A DNA stretch of 64,000 nt from a virus (Duplodnaviria > Caudoviricetes): IMG/VR virus record IMGVR_UViG_2788500220_000014, positions 1 through 64,000 of that record, one strand, 5' to 3'. The notes below the pieces were generated by a model. It saw nothing but the letters and a program-made list of their open reading frames with translations. It did no database searches and had not been told where the DNA came from. Position 1 is the first letter of the stretch, and the number at the start of each line of letters is the position of its first letter. Below are positions 17,748-27,944 of this stretch, in pieces. The position numbers and the translations under genes were made by a program.

Positions 17748-18546
17748 TTTTCTCTTTGATGTGGGGAATGATTAATTCATTAATTAGTCTAATAGTATTT
17801 TCTGGCATATCAACTTCATATGATGTCCCCATCGGCCGAAGAGCCTTGTAGATTGCAAAATCATTTCCACCCTCTCTACACTTATCTCCCACAAACCATG
17901 TAGTTCCTACATTTTCAAAGTGTTGTAATGCGTATGTCTTATCCCAACCCCGAGGGTATATATCAATAGAACATTGACCCCCAAGAGCCATAGTAATGTT
18001 TTTTACTTTATTCCTAATAAGGCTTCTTTGTAATTTTGTTAGAAGATTTTTACGTAGATGTGTTTTATTGTCGATGTCAATAAATTTGCTTCTGTCATTA
18101 TCTTCAAAATCCCTTCCGATCATACACCAATTCAAGAGGCTCCCCCTATATTGAATGAATGTTCCACTTAGCGGAAGGTCAGGTACGGTTACTGATATGC
18201 TTGACTGAAGACTTAATATAGACCTAATAAGTTTTTTAAGACTTAATTCACCTATTTCTGACTTCATATTAGCATTATATACTCGGGTTGGTTGTCGAGT
18301 TGTACCGTCGAAGATATATTTCTGTGTTCCATTACAAGGGAGAATTGTTAGCTTATCGAGATCAATGTCTTTTGATTCCCACAAAGCGCTACATTGTTCT
18401 TTGATATAATCAAATCCACTACCAGACACAATCCCTACATGTGTATAGGACATTAGGTTAGTCAACACATTAACCATGTCTTCCTCAATTTGTTTTCGAT
18501 GAGGGGTAATTGTACCATCCATATCAAATAAGACTAATTGATCCAT
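17740..18546 (-). CDS. Phosphomannomutase, eukaryote-type HAD subfamily IIB
   Basis: LFDMDGTIT, FIQYRGSLLNWCMIGR, GGQCSIDIYPRGWDKTYAL, FVGDKCREGGND. Confidence 0.9.
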   Translation of the reverse strand: MDQLVLFDMDGTITPHRKQIEEDMVNVLTNLMSYTHVGIVSGSGFDYIKEQCSALWESKDIDLDKLTILPCNGTQKYIFDGTTRQPTRVYNANMKSEIGELSLKKLIRSILSLQSSISVTVPDLPLSGTFIQYRGSLLNWCMIGRDFEDNDRSKFIDIDNKTHLRKNLLTKLQRSLIRNKVKNITMALGGQCSIDIYPRGWDKTYALQHFENVGTTWFVGDKCREGGNDFAIYKALRPMGTSYEVDMPENTIRLINELIIPHIKEKNE

Positions 18547-18723
18547 AAGATTCCTTTGTGTAATCTATAAAAATACTAACGTCGAATGCAGTATTGTACA
18601 TGGGAATGTACATTTATAGGTCATTACTTAGTTAATTTTCCTAACAACGGTCGCCAACCTATAATTAAAAATAGGTGCTGACATGAATCATGTTGTTGTG
18701 CCGACACAGACACGAGTTAAATT

Positions 18724-19581
18724 ATGTCAAAAATATTGAAATACTGCACGAAAAGAATAGTAAAGTTAATAAGCCTATTTTCAGTTTTGGGTTTAATATT
18801 TTGCGTACTAACAATAGGTTTATTTAAGGCTGAAAATACTTCACTAACAATTGCGACCCATGAAGATTATACAGCCGAAAATTTACCGGTCAGGTCGTTT
18901 ACCCTGGTTACAGTCCAGCCTAGTCTTCGCCTAGAATCTTGTTACGGTACCAACCCGTCGACTGCTGACTATTGTAGAACGTTGCTAGCCGGTAATCGAA
19001 CCATAGACTTAATAAATATGAGAAGTATAGGTTCAGGTGCCGTCGTTGGCTGGGCTGGTGATAGAACATATATACTTACTGCAAAACATGTTTGTGAAGG
19101 TCCGATACCACCATATGATATACAAATAGAAGGTGAGGGAGAAAATCAGTTCATATTGGGCGTCTCAAGTACTTCTTCATATACGCTGGTTGATTATGAA
19201 GGGAATGAAAGAGATGCAGAGATTTTTCGAATGCATCAACATGCAGATATTTGTGTACTAGTCACAGATGGTAATTGGGGCACACCCATTCGTGTTGCTA
19301 CCGAGCCTCCACCAGAAGGGGCAATGGTTTATAACATGGCAGCGCCGCTAGGTATATTTACACCCGGAATGGTACCTCAATGGAGAGGATATTATTCCGG
19401 CCGGGACGATAGAGGTTATGAATTTTATTCTGTACCGGTTGCCGGAGGTTCATCAGGATCACCGGTGATATATGATAATGAAATTGTTAGTATCATTGTC
19501 ATGGCACCTATAGGTTTTTCGAATATAGCTATAGGGGTAAACCTTCAAGATATCCATGATGTCCTGGGGTCAATCCAGTAA
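18724..19581 (+). CDS. Trypsin-like (S1) serine protease with N-terminal membrane anchor
   Basis: Triad motifs LTAKHVC, ADIC, GGSSGSP; N-terminal hydrophobic helix. Confidence 0.9.
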   Translation: MSKILKYCTKRIVKLISLFSVLGLIFCVLTIGLFKAENTSLTIATHEDYTAENLPVRSFTLVTVQPSLRLESCYGTNPSTADYCRTLLAGNRTIDLINMRSIGSGAVVGWAGDRTYILTAKHVCEGPIPPYDIQIEGEGENQFILGVSSTSSYTLVDYEGNERDAEIFRMHQHADICVLVTDGNWGTPIRVATEPPPEGAMVYNMAAPLGIFTPGMVPQWRGYYSGRDDRGYEFYSVPVAGGSSGSPVIYDNEIVSIIVMAPIGFSNIAIGVNLQDIHDVLGSIQ

Positions 19582-19583
19582 GG

Positions 19584-19874
19584 TCATGGCCTATTTCTAG
19601 CGATCGCCCTTAAGACAGAGTTCTTAATTTGCTTAGTTGGCTCATCGATAATTTGATCAAACGTTCCTAACCTAAATTGTCCAGAAATTTCGCATGCAAA
19701 AGAAAAGCATGGTGATATATTATCATCTGGATGGAACATGGTAATCTTTCCGTAGCTAAGCTTTTTGTCTGGAGAGCGGTAACAATATACCAATTGGCCT
19801 ACCTTATAGCCTTTATATTCTAAGGGCCCAAGTTGCTCTGGTGGCTTTATTTTGTTTTTTGATTTTCTTGGCAT
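19584..19874 (-). CDS. Hypothetical protein with SH3-like start (YKVGQLVYC)
   Basis: ORF; K-V-G-x-L-V motif like the small-gene family further along. Confidence 0.6.
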   Translation of the reverse strand: MPRKSKNKIKPPEQLGPLEYKGYKVGQLVYCYRSPDKKLSYGKITMFHPDDNISPCFSFACEISGQFRLGTFDQIIDEPTKQIKNSVLRAIARNRP

Positions 19875-19898
19875 AGTACAATTATACCAACCTGTAAT

Positions 19899-20207
19899 CT
19901 ATTGTTCTTGATTTAAAAGTTTTCTTCTTGCAACATCTGCATGATTTCTTGCAAATGATCTTGCTTCTTCTTCATTACTAAAGACTCGAAGAGGAGTACT
20001 TAGTTCCTTATTACCATCAACAGTTATTTTAACATGATACTCGTTGCCATTATCTGCAGGGTATATATCAATCTCCATTCCTGGATAATCTTCCCATGAA
20101 TATGGATCATTATCAAGTGTGTGATAATTTCTTCCTATTTCCTCTTTAATGAGTTTTCTTAGCAGCTGTATAATATTATCCACTTTTATTAACCTTATGG
20201 TCACCAA
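19899..20207 (-). CDS. Hypothetical protein with LRKLIKEE leader-like motif (start uncertain)
   Basis: QLLRKLIKEEI near the N-terminus resembles the leader of the 53-64 kb array. Confidence 0.6.
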   Translation of the reverse strand: MVTIRLIKVDNIIQLLRKLIKEEIGRNYHTLDNDPYSWEDYPGMEIDIYPADNGNEYHVKITVDGNKELSTPLRVFSNEEEARSFARNHADVARRKLLNQEQ

Positions 20208-20433
20208 GCTTAAGTAGGGCTCTATTAAATGTAACCTGTAATGATAACTTTGCCTGACGTAACCTTATAATATTTTGTTTGTCATTATTTTCTTTCATAA
20301 TCATGTTCATAATATTAATATGTTTTAAAGCATTTTGATAGGCCAAATCCAAACGATGAACTGAATCATTTACTTTTTGCGCCTTGTTTCGACGAGTAAA
20401 AAGGTTGAAAAACATAACAGGCCCCCATAACAT
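20176..20433 (-). CDS. Hypothetical protein
   Basis: ORF; start uncertain. Confidence 0.45.
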   Translation of the reverse strand: MLWGPVMFFNLFTRRNKAQKVNDSVHRLDLAYQNALKHINIMNMIMKENNDKQNIIRLRQAKLSLQVTFNRALLKLGDHKVNKSG

Positions 20434-20479
20434 TAATTATTATGAGGGCCCGAAACTAAATTAACTGTTTATAATTCGA

Positions 20480-20851
20480 TTAGTTTCTTAAATCTTTAGT
20501 GTTAGAATTTATTATAACAACTTGATAGCTTCCATCCTCTAGTTCAACCAACAACTTTTGTACGAATGTTGATTCAATAATAGGATTATCTACTGTGGTA
20601 CCGTCCTTCATATAATCCGGAAAGACAGGAACAGTTCGATATCTACGCATATCATCTTGTGGATCTGCACTTTCATCTCTTTCTATATGCAATAAAGAAG
20701 AAATATTAGACTGTATGTCAGTATTATGTTGCCTCATTATTGATTGACCATTAGCTCGAAGATGATGTGAGTTACACGCTGTGCCCATGCATAATATGCA
20801 TAACATACAACATGCTGGAACGAAACTAAACTTGAACAAAGAATTAAACAT
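20480..20851 (-). CDS. Putative lipoprotein
   Basis: Hydrophobic N-terminus ending in GTAC. Confidence 0.5.
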   Translation of the reverse strand: MFNSLFKFSFVPACCMLCILCMGTACNSHHLRANGQSIMRQHNTDIQSNISSLLHIERDESADPQDDMRRYRTVPVFPDYMKDGTTVDNPIIESTFVQKLLVELEDGSYQVVIINSNTKDLRN

Positions 20852-20972
20852 AGGGTTTTTAAATTACCTTATAGTCAGTGGCTATAGAACTTCGTCCGGG
20901 ACACCCGGCCTTGGCAAGATAATAGCCAACATATTTGTTAAATATGCATGTGCTTGGGTTAGATCCTATTTT

Positions 20973-21758
20973 TTATGAACCATTGTAACATTTAAGTAAG
21001 CACTCTGCATCCCATGTGCTTGGCGGAGTCTCTTTGCCAAAATCGATCAACCTGGCCTTTTCCGGCCAAGTTGAAGAAACTTTCCATAACCCCCATGAGA
21101 ATGCGCTGCCACCCATCCCATTAACTACATAATCGTGGGCTTGATCCAAGGTCTGGAACTTGCCGACATGGGGACGCTTACCCCAGTTACCTCTAATCTG
21201 TAGCCCTTCTGGCATACCTTGCTTATTGTAGCAAATTGTAACCACAACCGCATGGCCATGGAATGTGCCATCAGACTCATATGATCCAACAGCAAAAAAT
21301 AATGGGGCAAATTTAGGATCAATAACAACTGCGCCATACTGAGTAAAGTCGTCACAGTCTGTTAATGCCTTAGGCCAAACATTAAATTGCGCTTCTCTAA
21401 GAATTGCCAACAACTCAGAGTTATTAAGATCTCTCTTTACCTGGTCAATGGCAAGGCTTTCTAGTTTTCTTTTTTCAACATCTAAGTTTGCCAGATGCCA
21501 ATGAAACCTTCGGCCGCTACGAACCATATCGAGGGGCAGCCATTTTCTCCCTAATATAATATCAGGCTTCCATAATGCTGACTTGACAGTCCTATCATAT
21601 TCTTCTGGTGACATATGATGAAGAATTACTTTCTTAAATTTTCTATCTGCAACTATTCGTACGATCATTCCCCACAAGGAATATAGTCTTAGCTTAAGTG
21701 ATAACCAGAACCCTGCATATAATAATCTTGCCTTAAGGCTTACCCATCTTTCTTTCAT
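20973..21758 (-). CDS. Hypothetical protein, possible Cys-His (transglutaminase/papain-like) fold
   Basis: TDCDDF and GHAVV motifs. Confidence 0.5.
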   Translation of the reverse strand: MKERWVSLKARLLYAGFWLSLKLRLYSLWGMIVRIVADRKFKKVILHHMSPEEYDRTVKSALWKPDIILGRKWLPLDMVRSGRRFHWHLANLDVEKRKLESLAIDQVKRDLNNSELLAILREAQFNVWPKALTDCDDFTQYGAVVIDPKFAPLFFAVGSYESDGTFHGHAVVVTICYNKQGMPEGLQIRGNWGKRPHVGKFQTLDQAHDYVVNGMGGSAFSWGLWKVSSTWPEKARLIDFGKETPPSTWDAECLLKCYNGS

Positions 21759-21853
21759 GTTAAATCCTACTCTTTCTTCTTGTTAAATATAATACTCTGG
21801 TGTTTGCCGGGATTAAATTATCTCGACATTGTTAGTACCTTGCCTATTAGCAC

Positions 21854-22300
21854 TTATTCACCAGGTCGGTGTGGTGTGGAACCTGATACCCCTGAAAATG
21901 CTGCTGAACCTATGAAATCAATAAGCGCTTCTTCATCAATGCATACATCACACATGCAAATATTTGAAGTGCACTCTTCATTTCGGAAGCATTCACCACC
22001 TACTATTCTAGGATAACATTCACCAACCTCATATACACAATAATGATCATCATCACAGTCTTGTGAATTTACACATTCGGTTAGGCATGAACCAGACATT
22101 GATTCATACCCATTACAACCATTGTAATATGAGGGTTCCCAACCAGGCTCAGCCTCTGCAGCAAACGAATCTACGAAATCGCATGCTCCAGGGCCGACCT
22201 GAATATCTACGTCGACGGGTGCTTCAACTTCAAACAATGTACAAGCTCCCAATGCTAATAACCCAAAAACTACTAAAAATATTATGGATCTTGCTTTCAT
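21854..22300 (-). CDS. Cys-rich lipoprotein
   Basis: Lipobox LGAC; repeats ECVNSQDC...C...C and ECFRNEEC...C.C..C. Confidence 0.7.
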   Translation of the reverse strand: MKARSIIFLVVFGLLALGACTLFEVEAPVDVDIQVGPGACDFVDSFAAEAEPGWEPSYYNGCNGYESMSGSCLTECVNSQDCDDDHYCVYEVGECYPRIVGGECFRNEECTSNICMCDVCIDEEALIDFIGSAAFSGVSGSTPHRPGE

Positions 22301-22381
22301 AATGATAAGCTAACGTAAACAAAAAAATAAAGAACGGAACGGAACTATGAATTTAAAGCCTCATAAAAGCCGGCTAGAAAG

Positions 22382-22418
22382 AAAAAAGGCCCCTAGCTAA
22401 AATATAACTAGGGGCCTC
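22382..22418 (-). terminator. Intrinsic terminator after hsp20
   Basis: AGGCCCCTAG...CTAGGGGCCT stem followed by a T-run on the minus strand. Confidence 0.8.
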
Positions 22419-22450
22419 TAATACTTTTTTACTTTTAAAGTACTTTTTTG

Positions 22451-22891
22451 TTACTCTACATCGATGACAACAGTCGAGCTCTTCTTATCTTCAACTGGAA
22501 TAGTAACCGAAAGAATTCCGGCATCATATCGTGCGCTAACAGATCCTACACTAACATTGTCAGGCAAGGACCAGGTTCGAGTAAACTCAGAATAAGAATA
22601 CTCCTGCCGTACAACATCACCGGTAGTTGCGCTATCATTTGCCTGGCTGAGACTAACTGTCAATGCGCCATTATCGCATGTAATCTTGAAATCATCCCGA
22701 CTGTATCCAGGTACTGCAAGGTTAATCGTATAGCCGCTGTCTGTATTCATGACATTAGCTGCAGGTACGGTCGACAATGCCGTGGTCGTTGATCGCCGAA
22801 GCGGCTCATTAAAAAATGCATCAATCATAGAATCGAAATCCCCAAGAATAGGACTACGACCAAATCGTGAAATTGGAAAAATGTTACTCAT
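22451..22891 (-). CDS. Small heat-shock protein Hsp20
   Basis: PAANV, LAVPG, FTRTWSLP, ARYDAGILSVTIP alpha-crystallin motifs. Confidence 0.93.
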   Translation of the reverse strand: MSNIFPISRFGRSPILGDFDSMIDAFFNEPLRRSTTTALSTVPAANVMNTDSGYTINLAVPGYSRDDFKITCDNGALTVSLSQANDSATTGDVVRQEYSYSEFTRTWSLPDNVSVGSVSARYDAGILSVTIPVEDKKSSTVVIDVE

Positions 22892-22998
22892 TATTATATT
22901 CTCCTTCGTGGTTAAAAATTAAGTAAACTGATTACCAGTTTTCTTCCAAAGGAAATATAAACATTTTGTTAGAGAAGTACAACTACTCGATGCACTTT

Positions 22999-23454
22999 TT
23001 AATTAACAGCTACTAAAACATCTAGGCCCATTTTAACAAGCGTCCCCAACAACGCAGCCAGAACAAGCCAGGTTAATTTTTTTTGACTAGCTAGCTTGTC
23101 TTCCATTAATACTAGCCGTGGTTCACGCGCAGAAAATAATCTTTCAATTTCTAAGCGATCAGGTTTTTGGCCAGTATCATGTTCTAAATTAGTAACACGC
23201 TTATCTAGATCCTGTGCCATCATACTAGCTTCTTTCTGGCCTTCTTTCATTTCGACCAGCATGTCATGTAAAGTCTCTAATTTTTGATTGCTTAATAGTA
23301 CATGTGATAGTACATCATTAATAGCGGATGTAGAATCTTCTCTTAATTTTTGAATCGATGATGTTGATGAATCCTTAAGATTAGCTAGCTCTTTTTGTAA
23401 ATCTTTGATATCATTTTCCATAGCAGCCCACCTTATATCATTATTGTCAGACAT
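22999..23454 (-). CDS. Coiled-coil protein with C-terminal transmembrane helix
   Basis: Heptad-rich body and LTWLVLAALLGTLV tail. Confidence 0.7.
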   Translation of the reverse strand: MSDNNDIRWAAMENDIKDLQKELANLKDSSTSSIQKLREDSTSAINDVLSHVLLSNQKLETLHDMLVEMKEGQKEASMMAQDLDKRVTNLEHDTGQKPDRLEIERLFSAREPRLVLMEDKLASQKKLTWLVLAALLGTLVKMGLDVLVAVN

Positions 23455-23551
23455 TGAACAGCTCCTTATACAATACGTATATGTAAATTATTTAAAACTG
23501 TAACTTACTGAACTGACGAGTAATCCAACATTAAGGGGATCACCCTTATAA

Positions 23552-23977
23552 TTATTGAGCTCTTTTAATTTTATTTCTCATTTTCCCTATAAGTTTAAGA
23601 TCTTTTTCTACCCCTTCTTTCCTTGCAATCTCCATTATAAAAGGTCGCATACATAGAAAAGGTTCTTTCATGGTTTTCATCCATTGATCGATAAGGGAGG
23701 GATCATGTAATTCTGGTATCTGATACCAAAATTTAGACTCAAGCATATGATCTACTATTTTGTCTAATCCAATTTTTTCTTCAAGGCTTTCAAATAAATT
23801 TAAAAGCTTCATCTGTTTAGACGTCTTTTTTCGACGCTCTTCCGATGACCAGTTATTAGGGTTCCGGAAGATATTAATTAGAGATTTAATCTTAGCCCTA
23901 TTTCTGTAGGCCTTAAGATGATCAGGCAGATCCTCATGAGTTAATGCTGATCTACTTTCTTTATTTTCATTAGCCAT
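23552..23977 (-). CDS. Hypothetical protein
   Basis: 141-aa ORF in operon. Confidence 0.65.
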   Translation of the reverse strand: MANENKESRSALTHEDLPDHLKAYRNRAKIKSLINIFRNPNNWSSEERRKKTSKQMKLLNLFESLEEKIGLDKIVDHMLESKFWYQIPELHDPSLIDQWMKTMKEPFLCMRPFIMEIARKEGVEKDLKLIGKMRNKIKRAQ

Positions 23978-23979
23978 CT

Positions 23980-24216
23980 TTAGTCTTCGTTGTGTGTTTG
24001 CTGTCTAGTCTTAAAGCTTTTTGATTTAAATCCCATAGGTTTAATTTCGTTCCAGTGCACGGATCTTCCCTCACCCTCAATTAGCACATCGATCTTACCG
24101 TTACCAGGTAGGCCTACAACAACACCAATTGCTTTAAGATCCCGGCCGGGGGGGACTAGTTGGTTCCATTCGATTAGTTCACCCAAGTGGTAACCATATG
24201 AATCAAGGCCAGACAT
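23980..24216 (-). CDS. Small SH3-like protein
   Basis: YHLGELIEW...IGVVV...IDVL pattern. Confidence 0.55.
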   Translation of the reverse strand: MSGLDSYGYHLGELIEWNQLVPPGRDLKAIGVVVGLPGNGKIDVLIEGEGRSVHWNEIKPMGFKSKSFKTRQQTHNED

Positions 24217-24789
24217 TTAGCTTAAATCCGGGAAGTCAGGTCCAGGCTGGTCGCTATATGTGCCCCCATGGAGTTGATCTTCGACCCCGACGATAATATC
24301 ATTCAGGACTTTTTTAAAATCCTCTGTAGCTGATGTAAGTTTAGAATGAAGATCTCTGGTTGCCTCGTCGACAGCTTTGATCCAATGATCTTCGGTCCGC
24401 TTTGTTTTTTCTTCTGAGCCCTTCCCTGTAAATGGACCATATTCTCCTGTCTTAGGATCTGCAAAGGCATCCGGCGAGTTTTCTAAAAATTTCATCATAG
24501 CAGTATCAAACTCTTCTACTATATTGTCTACGTGGATTGGGTCAAACTCAACTATTTTTTCAACATGCTGGTAGTCAACCCCGATACCGGCTCCACCCGG
24601 CCTGGCAGGCCCGTCTTCATTTAAATTGTTTAGTTCTTCTTTAATCAGATTACGAAGAGTATTTCGATCTAGCTTCTTTGACTTGTCGGTTACAATCTGA
24701 TTACGGCGTCCTCGCCGGAGTAGTTCTTCTGGGCCCACAACTGATTCTTTAATTAGTTGCTGCAGTTCTGAACATGATAATTTTTTCAT
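24217..24789 (-). CDS. Hypothetical protein with two leader-like motifs (LQQLIKES, LRNLIKEELNNLNE)
   Basis: Motifs visible in the translation. Confidence 0.7.
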   Translation of the reverse strand: MKKLSCSELQQLIKESVVGPEELLRRGRRNQIVTDKSKKLDRNTLRNLIKEELNNLNEDGPARPGGAGIGVDYQHVEKIVEFDPIHVDNIVEEFDTAMMKFLENSPDAFADPKTGEYGPFTGKGSEEKTKRTEDHWIKAVDEATRDLHSKLTSATEDFKKVLNDIIVGVEDQLHGGTYSDQPGPDFPDLS

Positions 24790-24924
24790 TGCATCGTCCT
24801 TCTTTTCTTCCTATAGTATTTATGCACCTTAAAATGAATAACCATATTAATCTAACGGCCGCGCTTTTTGATCTTTGTTTTGGCGGCTCGAGCAAATATA
24901 GAAAAATATTCGTGTTAGAATCAT

Positions 24925-25203
24925 TTACATCATGCCGTCTAGCATCGGCGATATCGCAAGATCATCAGATGGCATAGCAGACAATGTATCCGCAGGCTGA
25001 TCAGCATCATCTCTTTCGACCGGTGACAATAATTCTTGAAGTAGCTTAGCTACCCAATCTAATAGTTCTTCAGGAGAAGCGCCGGCTTGTTTAAGTTCAC
25101 TTGCAGCAGCAATCGGGCATGGAAGACCGGTTGGACATTCTTCATTCAGAGTATTCATCTCTTCCATAATAAGTTCCCGTAGCATTTCTTTATTGAGTTT
25201 CAT
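24925..25203 (-). CDS. Hypothetical protein with leader-like N-terminus MKLNKEMLRELIMEE
   Basis: ATG at 25203 with AAGGA RBS. Confidence 0.7.
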   Translation of the reverse strand: MKLNKEMLRELIMEEMNTLNEECPTGLPCPIAAASELKQAGASPEELLDWVAKLLQELLSPVERDDADQPADTLSAMPSDDLAISPMLDGMM

Positions 25204-25216
25204 ATTAATTCCTTTT

Positions 25217-25393
25217 TTATTTCTTCTTATCAAGATTCTCAGGATTAACGACGTCAGATACAACACCTTCAACCTTAGGCTTAATTAAAGCAACCAGCTT
25301 CCGGACTCCGTAACGGGCCCATACAAATGCTAAATATGCAACAGGAACGCTAGCAGCGCCCAGTCCATAAGACCACCAATTCCAACTTGCCAT
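25217..25393 (-). CDS. 58-aa single-TM protein (MASWNWWSYGLGAASVPVAYLAFVWARYGVRKL...)
   Basis: GGAGG RBS; below the ORF-track cutoff; translated by hand. Confidence 0.65.
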   Translation of the reverse strand: MASWNWWSYGLGAASVPVAYLAFVWARYGVRKLVALIKPKVEGVVSDVVNPENLDKKK

Positions 25394-25689
25394 AACAATT
25401 CCTCCAATATTATGTTAATGCGATATTGATCGCTCAAGTACCATCTTAATTATTGCTAAGACAATGAAATATACTGCAATAGCTACTAAACGTAAAGCTA
25501 TCTACGGAATTATCGTCTTATAAGTCATTAAAACTTAAGATAAAAAGCATATACATGCCCAGGGGCTCTAGGATGCTCTAAGAGGGCCTAAGGCATAATA
25601 CCATGGTTTCCCCTAAGGGTGTTAATAGAACCTTGCTGGCGGCATGCCCCAGAGGGCAGTTTTTCTGAAAATTAGGAAAAACTTAAAAT

Positions 25690-25938
25690 TTAATCAACAT
25701 CATTGATGCGAGTCAAATATCTCTGCTCAACAATACATTTATTGCCATTCAAGAGTATTTCGGCCGAGGAGGGCTCATATACATTCGATGCATATACGCT
25801 TAAGACGACACCGGTGGGTGCCATCTTTGGATCCATTATAATATGCCGCGTATGATATTTCATATGAACCGCAACGAGGTCTCCAGGCATTATACTATAT
25901 CGGTGTCTTGTTGGGCGGCTCGAGCTATTTTTAATCAT
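25690..25938 (-). CDS. Small SH3/KOW-like protein (MPGDLVAV)
   Basis: x-G-D-L-V ... G-V-V family motif. Confidence 0.6.
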   Translation of the reverse strand: MIKNSSSRPTRHRYSIMPGDLVAVHMKYHTRHIIMDPKMAPTGVVLSVYASNVYEPSSAEILLNGNKCIVEQRYLTRINDVD

Positions 25939-26383
25939 TAGCTAATTCGAGGTCATTAAGTAAGACCCATCGTTGTTGATTGGTTGTACTATCAATTATT
26001 AAAGCCATTTGATCCGGAGCTTCAGATTTACTTTCAACCTCAATGATCAATCCAATAATTTCCGGAAGTTTACCAACCGGTTGTTCAGCGCTATCGTATA
26101 CCCGCCGAGAAGGAATCCGTACCAGGTCACCCTTTTTAAAGATAGTCAAAATAGGCTTTGGGCGGGCTTCAACGATATCGCGTGCGATATCATAGTCAGC
26201 CCACTCCGAAAGCGCCTCCGTACGCTCATACGTATACCAAGCTCTCACAGTCTTGTCGTCTTCCCACCCAAAGTCATAAAAGGCATCTTCATAATTACGA
26301 TACTCTTCTGGCCAGTCACAACGATCCGGATAGTTCAATAATAATTCTTGGTATTGTTTTTTTAAGTCATCGGGGTTCATCAT
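25931..26383 (-). CDS. Hypothetical protein with C-terminal SH3-like module (FKKGDLVRI)
   Basis: Family motif in the C-terminal half. Confidence 0.65.
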   Translation of the reverse strand: MMNPDDLKKQYQELLLNYPDRCDWPEEYRNYEDAFYDFGWEDDKTVRAWYTYERTEALSEWADYDIARDIVEARPKPILTIFKKGDLVRIPSRRVYDSAEQPVGKLPEIIGLIIEVESKSEAPDQMALIIDSTTNQQRWVLLNDLELAND

Positions 26384-26441
26384 ATATCCGGGGAGGAGGT
26401 GTTAATATAAAATACCGGTAGCCTACGTAGTTGTACACATG

Positions 26442-26927
26442 TTATCTACCAAAAATTTTTGCGGCAATCGGGTGGCTATAAGAAGTCCCGGACCAGTATT
26501 GATCGAAGCCGTTAATGGTTACCACATTATTTTCCCGAGTGAACGCACGATTTTTTGATAGATCATGCAGTGTCTTCGCAGGGAAAGTATGATCCGTAGA
26601 TAGATATGAGTTCGGCAGGCAATCCCTTACTTTTCCCCAACGTACTCTCCATACCCATTGAGGATTCCCATGTACCCAACGCGTTGCTATTTGAGATATG
26701 TGCCCGTGGGGCACTCCAGGCTTTTCGAAAAGATCGATTAATACGCACCATTCATGGGATGGCTCAAAAATAATGAGATCACCCACGTAGAACTCACCGT
26801 AGTATGTCATGCCATCTGTTTGTATATTACTTACACCACTAGCCGATAATCGACTCATCCTCACATCCAATAGTAGCCTTTCGACTACGAGCACATAATA
26901 AGCATATGCGTTTATTTGTTTGTTCAT
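26442..26927 (-). CDS. Hypothetical protein containing YVGDLII (start uncertain)
   Basis: ORF; true start probably internal. Confidence 0.5.
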   Translation of the reverse strand: MNKQINAYAYYVLVVERLLLDVRMSRLSASGVSNIQTDGMTYYGEFYVGDLIIFEPSHEWCVLIDLFEKPGVPHGHISQIATRWVHGNPQWVWRVRWGKVRDCLPNSYLSTDHTFPAKTLHDLSKNRAFTRENNVVTINGFDQYWSGTSYSHPIAAKIFGR

Positions 26928-27048
26928 ACGTGTAACTTGTGCCGCCTACTATGGCTTTGTCCAAGTGTTTCTTGTATATCTTAAAATGTTTTTCGCATAG
27001 CCTATGTGTATAGCTACCATATCGATCATATACGTTTATCTGTTTCAT
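26839..27048 (-). CDS. Small putative Zn-finger protein
   Basis: CEKH and CLLC motifs. Confidence 0.5.
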   Translation of the reverse strand: MKQINVYDRYGSYTHRLCEKHFKIYKKHLDKAIVGGTSYTYEQTNKRICLLCARSRKATIGCEDESIIG

Positions 27049-27306
27049 CTATATTACCTTAAGGTCTGTTGCATCATGACGACACAGTGGACCATTGCTA
27101 TCAGCTGAAGGCCTATTACCTTCCGGCCATAATACTGTTACAGTGGTTATCTTAGAAATTTTTTCACCATGATGGCTAGCCACGTGATCATAATGCGGTC
27201 GTCGGGATTCAACATCAATGACTAACCCGGGTTCTGTACACATACCAGGTAGCTTCCCGGGGTTTTTTACAATAACTAAATCACCGGTCTTTACATGTAA
27301 CATCAT
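27049..27306 (-). CDS. Small SH3-like protein (MMLHVKTGDLVIV)
   Basis: ATGA overlap with 27303-27440; family motif. Confidence 0.65.
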   Translation of the reverse strand: MMLHVKTGDLVIVKNPGKLPGMCTEPGLVIDVESRRPHYDHVASHHGEKISKITTVTVLWPEGNRPSADSNGPLCRHDATDLKVI

Positions 27307-27440
27307 ATCTCCGATATCTGGCTTCGGGCAACAAGACGGGGACGCCCGTCGAAATAAACTATACAACCTGTAGAGGCACTGATTGCCAGGATGATTCCGA
27401 TATCGGTACTATTGACTCGTACGAGGTCACCGGGATTCAT
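27303..27440 (-). CDS. 45-aa SH3-like protein (MNPGDLVRVNSTDIGIILAI...)
   Basis: Hand-translated; its start overlaps the NESR* end of 27427-27636. Confidence 0.65.
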   Translation of the reverse strand: MNPGDLVRVNSTDIGIILAISASTGCIVYFDGRPRLVARSQISEI

Positions 27441-27636
27441 TGATTACCTCGAGTTGCTCTTTATATTCTACTTCACTTGGGAACCGGTCATTCCACATGA
27501 CAACCGGGTCTGCACTATCCCCTCGGAGATCCCAACCAATTACGATACCAATCCAAGTTTCATTAATCTCTGGGTAGGCGCCCCCGATACATGAGGGCTT
27601 GACTAAGTCCCCTACTTTTATCTCCATAGCTTCCAT
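27427..27636 (-). CDS. Small SH3-like protein (IKVGDLVK)
   Basis: Family motif; ends LEVINESR. Confidence 0.7.
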   Translation of the reverse strand: MEAMEIKVGDLVKPSCIGGAYPEINETWIGIVIGWDLRGDSADPVVMWNDRFPSEVEYKEQLEVINESR

Positions 27637-27944
27637 CCACTGTGACTAAACCCAGGAGAGGCGACTTCGGCTGGACCGAGAGGTGGCTTCGGCTTTTTAT
27701 GGCTAGCATATACTTCCGTACCATCGACTAGCCTGACCTTATATTGGCTGCCTCTGATATGTTCGATTACCATTGCGCCGTAGAATTCCCCGGTCTGAGT
27801 AATCAAGTTTCCTTCGAGTGATTGCCTTTGTCTGGCAAATTCGGCGCGTTCTTCGGCTGTTAGTCTTTTCTTGCGCTCTTTAACAGCCTTCTTAATTTTC
27901 TTTTTATTCACGTACACATTCCCTCTACTTTTCGGTATACTCAT
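27618..27944 (-). CDS. Basic hypothetical protein
   Basis: Coupled ORF. Confidence 0.6.
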   Translation of the reverse strand: MSIPKSRGNVYVNKKKIKKAVKERKKRLTAEERAEFARQRQSLEGNLITQTGEFYGAMVIEHIRGSQYKVRLVDGTEVYASHKKPKPPLGPAEVASPGFSHSGWKLWR

